The notes under the pieces: model-generated
Told to the model about the DNA's origin: nothing
The model's database searches: none
What the model saw: only the letters and a program-made list of their open reading frames with translations
From: Candidatus Barnesiella excrementipullorum
GTDB lineage: Bacteria > Bacteroidota > Bacteroidia > Bacteroidales > Barnesiellaceae_A
Length of the DNA: 41,138 nt
NCBI GenBank assembly: GCA_019114665.1
Contig: DXFB01000026.1
Span: 1 to 41,138, forward strand
Reading direction: 5' to 3'
Position numbers and translations under genes: made by a program
Part shown: positions 26,294-34,043 of the stretch, one piece after another
Numbering within the stretch: the stretch's first letter is position 1
How the letters are laid out: every line of letters begins with the position of its first letter

Positions 26294-29254
26294 CTATAAG
26301 AGGCATCCCCGGCGGGCGATGTAGCGCAATAGTCGGGCATATATGGGCGATGTTTCGAGCAGTGTCCGGTACCCGATGATTACGATTTGTTCCCGGGCTC
26401 TTGTGATGGCAACGTTGAGTTTGCGGTCTATCGGCCTGCCCTCCTCTTCGCTGCACTGCGACAGGAATGCGAGTTGCTCGGCCGTGGTTACGGCGCACGA
26501 AAAGATGATGATGTCGTTTTGTGAGCCTTGGAATCGCTCTACGGTGTCGATGCGTATTTTGTCGCAATCGGGCAGTTGCAGCAACTCCAGCTGTTGCCGG
26601 ATGGCGGCTATCTGGTTGCGATAGGGGGTGATGATGCCTATGGCTTTCTCGGGATGGAGCCTGTTGCCGTTTCTCTCGTTGAGCTTGTAATAGGCCTCCG
26701 TCACTCGTGCCACGGCAAGAGCTTCGTTCAGGTTGGCCGTGTTTGCGGTTTCTGCGGTTGGCAATGCCGGCGGTTCTATATTGATGAATGCCAGGCGTGT
26801 AGTAGCGAGCATCTTCTCTTCGGCGCACATCCCTTCATAGGGTTTATAGGGCAGCGTTCTTCCTTGATGCTTTGCCCCGCCGGCCTTTAACTTGTTGTCA
26901 TAAAATGCCTCCGAAGCAAAATCGGCAATATCGGGGTGCATGCGCCACTGTCGCGACAGCATGCCTGTCAGTTGGGGGAAGGCGCAGTATCGGCGGTATA
27001 ACCGTTCGAAGAGCGACATGCGACAGTCGGTAAGACCACACTCGGCAAGGCATTCCTCTTCTATGCGCGACTCCGCCTCCTCTTGCAATACGATGGCGGG
27101 CAGTTGTTTGTGGTCGCCGATGAGTACAAAGCGTTCTATGGCGGGATGCCCTTTGCCGTCGGTGGCTGCCAGCAAGCCCAGGAGCTGTGTTTCGAGTAAC
27201 TGGGATGCTTCGTCGATAATGGCGGTGTCGAACTGTTTTATCCCGAATAATTCGGGTTTGGCCAGCAGCGAGACCAGCGATGCGACGTAGAGGCGGCAGC
27301 CGGCAAGGTGTTGTATCACTTCGTCGCGGCGGCGGCAGTCGGTGAGCCGGTTGTTGATGAGGCGGTGGCGATATGCCGCGGCGCAGGAGTTTTCCATGCC
27401 GATGCGGATATAGTCGAGCCCTTTTTCTTCCTCCAAGTGAGAGCAAATCTCATCGACAGCCCGATTGGTGTAGGCTACCAGTAACAGGTTGCGTTGTGGC
27501 GATGCCATGATTTCGCGCACCATGCTCATCAGTGCTACCGATGTCTTGCCGGTGCCGGGAGGGCCCATCAGCAGGTAGATTTCGCCGTCACCGGCAGCCG
27601 TGGTCACGATTTGCTCTATCTCTTCCGATGCGTAGGGGTAAGAGGGCTTTATGGGAGTACCTATGCGGGGACGGTAGTCGCCCTGCCCCAGCAGCAGGCG
27701 GCGGCGTGGCTCGGGTGCCTGCAAGAAGGCGAAGAGTCCGGCAAATTGCATTTTGAAGGTCATGTCGGAATAGTCGGCCTCTAACACATAGAGGTCGCCG
27801 CAGATAAAGAGTGTGCGGCTTTGCTGCCTGTCGCGCAGGCGCACCACGACTTCGCCCGAGGTTACGGTCGCGATTACACCGCGAAACAGGATGTTGTCGG
27901 CGGCCCGGCTTGTTTCGTCGCCGTAACGATATAGCAGCACGATGTCGCCGTCGCGGAATTTGGGCATGGCCGTCTCTGTCTCTTGCCTGTATGAGAAGCG
28001 TAAGAGCGGGTTTTCGTCGCCGGCATGACTCTCTTGCAGAGAAAGAGGTGCCATAATGCAGCCCAAGGCGCGTTTCTCGGCAATGGAGGCTTGCCATAGT
28101 GCGGTCGTGCCCGTGTGTTCGGCGGTCGTGCGCGATACTTTCGACAGATACTGCTCCCGCGAAAGGAAACGATAGAAGCGGTCGAAATAGCGTGCCGAAA
28201 CCTCATCGGCGCTGAATCGGCGCAATGAGGCGCTTACTTGATACAGGTCGTTCTCGACATATCGCACCAAGGGGTGGGAGGGCTGTTCGTATGCAGGATG
28301 CTCCATAGCCTCTGTCAAGGTGCGCAGCGGGTGCTTGTCGGTCGTATAGCGAAGCTCTTCCAGAACGATTCTGTTGCGCACGCCTATGGCCTGTTGCATA
28401 AGCGGGAGCGACAGATGGTTCTTGACCAGTGAGTCTTGCTCGTAGCGCGAGTAGAGTGCATAAAAGTCGGGGTGTTCTACCCCCAGCGAGTAGTGGAGCA
28501 TGAGTTGGTAGAGGGAGAGTTGCACCCGGTGCGTATCGACGATGTATCCGCCCGACTTTTTGCCCGATTTCAATTCGATGCCGGCGGCTTGTCGGCCGTC
28601 GGTCTGCAAAAAGTCGAGCCGCCCGCGCAACCCTAAGGCCGGAGAGATGAATGTGGGCTCTGTTATACCCTCGCTGCATCGGAGAGAGGCTTTGGGGAAC
28701 TCCTGTTTTACGGCTTGCAGCAGATGTTTGTGGTGTAAGGCCAGGTCGGTAAAGAACGAGGCATCGATGTCGTCGCACACGGCATATTCCAACGGCGATG
28801 AGAGGAAAACTTTCTTTATTGCATCGGCGAGTTCCACCGAGTCGGGGGTGTCGGCATTGACCATCTCGTCGAAAATGAGGTTGGCGGCATTTCCCAACAA
28901 GATGTGGCGGTTGAGGTGCCGGGGACGCATGCGGTCGGCAAAATAGAGCTGCCACAGGTGGCCGAAGGTGCGGCAGCATTCGGCCAGGAGGCTGACGTCA
29001 ATCAGGAAGTCGGGCTCTGCTACGATAAACCGCGGTAGGAGGGAGATGCCGTCGTCGGTGGCATCGAGCAGGTGCAGCTTGTTGCCCGGTTGCAGCAGCG
29101 GGAGGTAGCCGCCCGTTGCGAGGTCGCCCCCCATCAATGAGATGCGACGCTCCGTATTGTCGGAGCGTCGCACTCTTATTTCGTGGCTCTCCACAGCTTG
29201 CACTACGGCATATAGGCACGAAGTGTGGGGTTGCTGCGGGGCATGCACATCCAT
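26294..29254 (-). CDS. PD-(D/E)xK nuclease fused to an SF1B (Dna2/Upf1-like) helicase
   Basis: The nuclease motifs are GRLD (D214), IELKSGK (E227, K229) and QLSLYQLM. The helicase motifs are GPPGTGKT (aa 564-571), IIDEASQ, LIGDHKQLPA, RMHPDI, TVERFQGSQNDIIIFS and NVAITRAR. Confidence 0.85.
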   Translation of the reverse strand: MDVHAPQQPHTSCLYAVVQAVESHEIRVRRSDNTERRISLMGGDLATGGYLPLLQPGNKLHLLDATDDGISLLPRFIVAEPDFLIDVSLLAECCRTFGHLWQLYFADRMRPRHLNRHILLGNAANLIFDEMVNADTPDSVELADAIKKVFLSSPLEYAVCDDIDASFFTDLALHHKHLLQAVKQEFPKASLRCSEGITEPTFISPALGLRGRLDFLQTDGRQAAGIELKSGKKSGGYIVDTHRVQLSLYQLMLHYSLGVEHPDFYALYSRYEQDSLVKNHLSLPLMQQAIGVRNRIVLEELRYTTDKHPLRTLTEAMEHPAYEQPSHPLVRYVENDLYQVSASLRRFSADEVSARYFDRFYRFLSREQYLSKVSRTTAEHTGTTALWQASIAEKRALGCIMAPLSLQESHAGDENPLLRFSYRQETETAMPKFRDGDIVLLYRYGDETSRAADNILFRGVIATVTSGEVVVRLRDRQQSRTLFICGDLYVLEADYSDMTFKMQFAGLFAFLQAPEPRRRLLLGQGDYRPRIGTPIKPSYPYASEEIEQIVTTAAGDGEIYLLMGPPGTGKTSVALMSMVREIMASPQRNLLLVAYTNRAVDEICSHLEEEKGLDYIRIGMENSCAAAYRHRLINNRLTDCRRRDEVIQHLAGCRLYVASLVSLLAKPELFGIKQFDTAIIDEASQLLETQLLGLLAATDGKGHPAIERFVLIGDHKQLPAIVLQEEAESRIEEECLAECGLTDCRMSLFERLYRRYCAFPQLTGMLSRQWRMHPDIADFASEAFYDNKLKAGGAKHQGRTLPYKPYEGMCAEEKMLATTRLAFINIEPPALPTAETANTANLNEALAVARVTEAYYKLNERNGNRLHPEKAIGIITPYRNQIAAIRQQLELLQLPDCDKIRIDTVERFQGSQNDIIIFSCAVTTAEQLAFLSQCSEEEGRPIDRKLNVAITRAREQIVIIGYRTLLETSPIYARLLRYIARRGCLL

Positions 29255-29267
29255 ATCTTGCAGAAGC

Positions 29268-30458
29268 TTATTTTCTGAGTTTTCCGCCTTTGGTACCGCC
29301 TTTCACGCCATTGCCGAGGGCGAAGATGTTTTGTGAGTAACTTACGGTTTTATGGGCTTGCTCGCGTTTCCGCTTCAAGGCGAGCGATACCAGCTTGTCC
29401 ATCAATTCGTCGAAAGGTACGCCGGTGGCCTCCCACAGATAGAAGGAGAACGAGCCCGGGATGGCGTTTATTTCGTTGACATATATGGCTCCCGAGTTGT
29501 CGTCGATCATCACGTCGACACGAGCCACGCCGTGGCACGAAAGCACGCGGAATGTCTCGCCGGCAAAGAAGCGTACCCGTTGTGTTTGCTCCTCTGAGAG
29601 GTCGGCCGGGATGCGTTTTTCGCTGGCTTGCATACCGCTCTCGCCTTTGCTGCCGCCCATGTATTTGTCCTCGTACGAGAGAATCTTGCCGCTCTTGATG
29701 GGCTCCTCGCATACCGAGGTGGCGTAGTCGTCACAGTCGCCCAATACCGAGCAGTTGATCTCTTTGAGGTTCTCTACCAAATCTTCTACGATGAGGCGTG
29801 TAGAGTAACGGCTGGCCTCTTCGACTTTTGTAATCAGTTCCTGGCGGTTGTCGGCGCGGGCAATGCCTACGCTCGACCCTAAGTTGGCAGGCTTTACGAT
29901 GACCGGATACCCTATCTTGCGCTCTATCTCCTCTACCCACTTGTCGCGAGTCGTAGCCCACTGCTTGTCGGTGAACCATACATAGTCTACCACGGGGATG
30001 CCGCTGTGTTCGAGCACCATCTTCATGACAATCTTATCCATGCCTATGGCTGCCGAGAGGGTGTCGCAGCCGGCAAAGGGGATGCCGATAGTCTCTAATA
30101 GGCCCTGAAATACGCCGTCTTCGCCGTTCGTGCCGTGCAGTGCCGGGATGACTACGTCGAGGGTCGCTGCAACGGGCGAGCCGAAAAGCGGTTTCTTGCG
30201 CCGGTAGAGGTTGTAATCGCCATACTCGGGATTCATGTACACCTCTTCGCAGCGGCTTTTCAGGGCTGCCATATCTTTGTAGTTCGATACCGACAGGAGA
30301 GGCTCGCCACTGTACCAGCGTCCCTCTTTCGATATATATATCGGTATGATGTTGTAGCGTGAAGCATCTATGGCATACATGGCTTGCAGTGCTGTCAGTA
30401 CCGATATCTCATGCTCTACCGACCTGCCGCCGAAGAATACGCCTATTGTCGTTTTCAT
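29268..30458 (-). CDS. D-alanine--D-alanine ligase family ATP-grasp enzyme (long, DdlA-like, atypical)
   Basis: Motifs present are GGRSVEHEISV, VIVKPANLGSSVGI, SYEDKY, ARVDVM and VNEINAIPG. It has an inserted omega-loop segment and a Gly/Lys-rich C-terminal tail. Length is 396 aa. Confidence 0.85.
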   Translation of the reverse strand: MKTTIGVFFGGRSVEHEISVLTALQAMYAIDASRYNIIPIYISKEGRWYSGEPLLSVSNYKDMAALKSRCEEVYMNPEYGDYNLYRRKKPLFGSPVAATLDVVIPALHGTNGEDGVFQGLLETIGIPFAGCDTLSAAIGMDKIVMKMVLEHSGIPVVDYVWFTDKQWATTRDKWVEEIERKIGYPVIVKPANLGSSVGIARADNRQELITKVEEASRYSTRLIVEDLVENLKEINCSVLGDCDDYATSVCEEPIKSGKILSYEDKYMGGSKGESGMQASEKRIPADLSEEQTQRVRFFAGETFRVLSCHGVARVDVMIDDNSGAIYVNEINAIPGSFSFYLWEATGVPFDELMDKLVSLALKRKREQAHKTVSYSQNIFALGNGVKGGTKGGKLRK

Positions 30459-30490
30459 GTGCTTATGATTTTATATCTTGATTCTGTCGT

Positions 30491-32086
30491 TTATTTGAAT
30501 GTGTCGGGCAGGTCGTTTTCATACAGTACCACATCGCCGGCACGGGCTATCTCTACCAGGCGGGCTTGTGCCGTGGCAAAACTGTCGGCGCAGAAGACGC
30601 CCTCTACCTTCATGCCTCCTGCTTGTAATCCTTCGAGGATGTCATCTCTGTTGTATGTGCCCACGACCATGACATAATCTGCAACTTTCGCCATTTGTTC
30701 GCCGAACCGGCGGTTGTATTCGGCCTGTTTGTTGCCCAGCTCTATCATGCCCGGGGTAATGACGATGCGGCGCGTTGCCCGCACGCGGCGCAATACATCG
30801 AGGGCCATGCGAGCTCCGTCGGGGTTGGAGTTGAAGGCGTCGTCGATGATGGAGAGCCCTCCGGGGGCACGCTTGATGTTGAGGCGGTGTTCGACCTGTT
30901 CTATGCGGCTCACGGCATAGCGTATGGCCTCTTCGGGCACATTCAGGTGCAAGGCCGCGATGACGGCGGCCATGAGGTTCGAGAGGTTGCAGTCGCCCAC
31001 CAGTTGAGTCGTTAGCGGCAGCCTGTGCCCGCCTCCTACGATGGTAAAACGGGTCTCTATCTCATCGTAAACAATATCTTCTACATGGTAGTCGGCCTTC
31101 CCGGCTTCGAGGGCATAACGCAGCACGGGTACGTTGGTGACAGGTCGTGAGGCTACGTAGGGGAAATCGTTGTTGAGTATGCCCAGCCCGTCGGAGGGAA
31201 GGGCGTCGATGAGTTCGAATTTGGTGCGCTGTACGTTCTCTATCGTTTTGAACGACTCCAAATGTTGTTCGCCTACCGCGGTGACAATGCCTATCGATGG
31301 AGCCACGAGGTCGCATATCTCCTTGATGTCGCCTATCTGCTTGGCGCCCATCTCTACAATGAAGATGTCGTAGTAGGGTTTCATCATTTCGCGTACGGTG
31401 CGTATCACACCCATGGGGGTGTTGTAGCTGCCCGGGGTCATGATGACGTTGTATTTCTCGCTGAGGATGCGGTAGAGATAGTGCTTGGTGCTGGTCTTGC
31501 CGTAGCTGCCTGTAATACCTATGATGGTGAGGTGCGGCATGTCGGCGAGGATTTTTTTCGCCTCATTATAGAACCCGCGGTTTATCAGTTTCTCGACAGG
31601 TATCATGAGGGTATTGGCACACAGCATCATTACCCAGGGGAAGGCAAGGGTTGCTATCAGTGTAAGGGCGGTTGCATATTGCTGTGCATCGGTGGGGAAA
31701 ATGGCTGCTATGGCAATGGTTACTATCGTAGTCACTACCCATGTTGCCACATAGAGCCTTGTGGCGCGGTGTGTGAATACCACAGGTTTTTTGTAGCGGG
31801 TGCGCAGCTCCCTGACGGCAAAGAGGATGAGGGCAATGGCAATAACGGCTTCGATAACCGTTGTGGCAAAGGGGGCGAAACTCGAACCGTAGAGCAGAAG
31901 CAGAAAGTAGAGGGTGAGGCTTCGCGGCGAAGAGAGGATGCCGCTGTTGCGCAGCCACCGCAGGTATCGGTTGTTGCGGTAGGAGTTTTGTTGCATCATT
32001 TGCAATTCGTAGCGCAGCGCCACAAAGAGGTAGAACAGCAGCGCAATCGTGAATATTACATGTACAATGGTGTGAATCAATTGCAT
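30491..32086 (-). CDS. MurF-like Mur ligase with a polytopic N-terminal membrane domain in place of the UDP-MurNAc-binding domain
   Basis: Residues 1-165 form 4-5 hydrophobic helices. These are followed by IIGITGSYGKTSTK (P-loop), FIVEMGAKQIGDI, TAVGEQHLESF, IIDDAFNSNPDG and ITPGMIELG, which are the MurF central and C-terminal signatures. Confidence 0.8.
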   Translation of the reverse strand: MQLIHTIVHVIFTIALLFYLFVALRYELQMMQQNSYRNNRYLRWLRNSGILSSPRSLTLYFLLLLYGSSFAPFATTVIEAVIAIALILFAVRELRTRYKKPVVFTHRATRLYVATWVVTTIVTIAIAAIFPTDAQQYATALTLIATLAFPWVMMLCANTLMIPVEKLINRGFYNEAKKILADMPHLTIIGITGSYGKTSTKHYLYRILSEKYNVIMTPGSYNTPMGVIRTVREMMKPYYDIFIVEMGAKQIGDIKEICDLVAPSIGIVTAVGEQHLESFKTIENVQRTKFELIDALPSDGLGILNNDFPYVASRPVTNVPVLRYALEAGKADYHVEDIVYDEIETRFTIVGGGHRLPLTTQLVGDCNLSNLMAAVIAALHLNVPEEAIRYAVSRIEQVEHRLNIKRAPGGLSIIDDAFNSNPDGARMALDVLRRVRATRRIVITPGMIELGNKQAEYNRRFGEQMAKVADYVMVVGTYNRDDILEGLQAGGMKVEGVFCADSFATAQARLVEIARAGDVVLYENDLPDTFK

Positions 32087-32880
32087 GATGATTGTTTGTT
32101 ATATATATCTTCTTTGAGGAATGCCATGACTATGGCTCTGAAACGGAATGGATTGTCGAGGAACGAATAGTGCCCGGCATCGTCGATGACCGCTAAGTCG
32201 GCGTGGGGGATGAGCCGCAGCATTACCCGTGCTTCACGCAGCGGTGTGGCGCTATCTTTGGCTCCCCATATCAGTTGCACGGGGCATTTGATGAGGGGCA
32301 TCACGGTTTCGAGGTATTCGTTGACTACTTTTACAAAGATGCGGCGCATCATGCCGTCTACGGCGTTATAGTCGGCCGAGCCTGCCGAGCGGCGCATTTT
32401 TTCCAAACGTTGCTCGGCTTTCTCTTTCCCTAAGAGGAGGCGGAGCAGCTGTTTACCGAGTTTGTATGTATAGACTTTGTAATAATACTTCAACGACCGG
32501 CGAGGCTTTGCTCCGGCGGCATCTGCCAATATTACTTTATGTGTATGGTTGCGCGATGCGTAGAGGATAGAGACCCGTCCGCCGAAAGAGTGCCCTATCA
32601 AGGTGGGCGATTCTATGCCGAGGGCTGCAACAAAGGCTTCGAGCATGCGGGTATATTCTTCTACGCCCCACACGGAGGAGGGTGTCTCGCTCCCGCCGAA
32701 GCCGGGAAAATCGAGTGAATATACCGTGAAATGCGGCGATAGCATGCTCTCTATCGAGGCGAGAGTGGTCATATTGCATCCCCAGCCGTGCAGCAATATC
32801 ACTGCACGTCCCGAACCGCACACTTTGTACTGTACTTCGGTGTCGCAGAGTTTTATACGGGTTGTTGTTGCGCCTTGCAT
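32077..32880 (-). CDS. Alpha/beta-fold hydrolase
   Basis: Motifs present are ILLHGWGCN, the nucleophile elbow GHSFGG (Ser98) and a C-terminal DDAGHYSF (His). It overlaps the start of the MurF-like gene by 10 nt. Confidence 0.8.
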   Translation of the reverse strand: MQGATTTRIKLCDTEVQYKVCGSGRAVILLHGWGCNMTTLASIESMLSPHFTVYSLDFPGFGGSETPSSVWGVEEYTRMLEAFVAALGIESPTLIGHSFGGRVSILYASRNHTHKVILADAAGAKPRRSLKYYYKVYTYKLGKQLLRLLLGKEKAEQRLEKMRRSAGSADYNAVDGMMRRIFVKVVNEYLETVMPLIKCPVQLIWGAKDSATPLREARVMLRLIPHADLAVIDDAGHYSFLDNPFRFRAIVMAFLKEDIYNKQSSCN

Positions 32881-32900
32881 TCTTTTGTGTTTTGGAGCTA

Positions 32901-32908
32901 CAAAAGTA
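32901..32908 (-). promoter_or_regulatory. Possible internal -7 box (TActTTTG) ahead of the hydrolase/MurF-like/Ddl-like genes
   Basis: The plus-strand sequence is caaaagta. It lies 21 nt upstream of the hydrolase ATG inside an 83-nt gap. The -33 element is imperfect (TTTA). Confidence 0.35.
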
Positions 32909-32963
32909 CATTATTCTACCGATAAATGGCGTACCCTTGTGAGAGTTTTTCCACGATGGCTCC

Positions 32964-34010
32964 TTACAGGCTTGTGTGCCCAAGCACTTTTTCGACCACG
33001 CGCTCGGGCCTGATTGCTCTCAGGCAGGCATAGTCGCCTCTGTAACAAGGCTTATTGCCGAAGACCGAACAGGGACGGCATGGCAAGTCGCTTTGTATGA
33101 CGTCGGCCGGAGAGGCGGTGTACCCCAAAAATCCGGCATAGGGGTGTGTAGCTCCCCATACAGATACAACCGGAACGCCGGCCAGTGCGGCCAGGTGCAT
33201 GTTGGCAGAATCCATCGAGAGCATCACGTCGAGGTAGCTCATCAGGGATAGTTCTACCTTGAACCCGAGGCGTTGTGATGCCAATGAGATGACTCGCGGA
33301 TAGCGTTCCTGCCACCGGGCGAGGAGTTCGGCTTCGCTGCCGGCACCGAAGAGGAAGATGTGCAGCCTTTCGTGCCGACTTAACAGCGCTACGACGCGCT
33401 CCATTTCGTCGGGAGGGTATATCTTCCCTTCGTGTTTGGCAAAGGGTGCGATGCCTATCCAATATTCTCCCTCCTTTTTGGGGGGCGTTAGGGCGGACAA
33501 TAGCCCGGCATCGCCTTTCCCCTCGGGGTATAGAGTTGTGAATTGTGGGGTATAAGGCATTGACATGGCCCTGAAAACGTCGGCATAACGTTCGGCCATA
33601 GGCTTCAAGGGGTGTAATTCTTTGTGGTGCCGGCTGGTGAGCTGCCTTTTGGATGCGCGCCCTTTGTCGATGACAAAGGTGGGCTTTCCGGCCAGGCGGA
33701 AGAGCAGGCGGAGTGTCTTCGTGCGTAAAACATTGTGCAAATCGGCCACGGCATCGATGCCCAAGGCCGATAGCTCTTTATATAATAACCACAGCCCAGC
33801 CATCCCTTTGTGCCGGGCTTTTACGTCGGCGATATATATTTGCAGATTGGCGGGAGCATACATGAAGAGTGATGACGTTACCCGTTGTGTCAGGATTACA
33901 AATGTGGTCTCGGAATAGGCTCGACATACCGAATATATTTGCGGTATGGTCATGGCCACGTCGCCTAACGCCGACAGGCGCATGACAAGCACTTTCTTAT
34001 ATGTTGTCAC
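32964..34010 (-). CDS. Glycosyltransferase family 9 (heptosyltransferase-like)
   Basis: KVLVMRLSALGDVAMTIP is the typical GT9 N-terminus. The C-terminal half has MDSANMHLAALAGVPVVSVWG. Length is 348 aa. Confidence 0.85.
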   Translation of the reverse strand: MTTYKKVLVMRLSALGDVAMTIPQIYSVCRAYSETTFVILTQRVTSSLFMYAPANLQIYIADVKARHKGMAGLWLLYKELSALGIDAVADLHNVLRTKTLRLLFRLAGKPTFVIDKGRASKRQLTSRHHKELHPLKPMAERYADVFRAMSMPYTPQFTTLYPEGKGDAGLLSALTPPKKEGEYWIGIAPFAKHEGKIYPPDEMERVVALLSRHERLHIFLFGAGSEAELLARWQERYPRVISLASQRLGFKVELSLMSYLDVMLSMDSANMHLAALAGVPVVSVWGATHPYAGFLGYTASPADVIQSDLPCRPCSVFGNKPCYRGDYACLRAIRPERVVEKVLGHTSL

Positions 34011-34043
34011 AAGGCTGCTGTTTATCGCTTATGCCCCTGTCGG

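Noticed and set aside
29268-32086. Vancomycin-resistance-type (van) cluster, because a dedicated MurF accompanies a long Ddl-type ligase
   Set aside because: No VanH-like dehydrogenase, VanX/VanY peptidase or VanRS genes are adjacent. The omega-loop retains the Tyr (YEDKY) associated with D-Ala-D-Ala rather than D-Ala-D-Lac synthesis. The partner ligase is membrane-embedded rather than a soluble MurF2.
31262-32170. 302-aa plus-strand ORF antisense to the MurF-like gene. Similar antisense ORFs occur at 24016-24825, 20528-21241, 8241-8876, 1475-2278, 13046-13543 and 13685-14281.
   Set aside because: The reasoning is the same as for the pflB antisense ORFs. Each overlaps a motif-supported gene on the other strand, has a compositionally odd translation, and has no promoter box or family signature.
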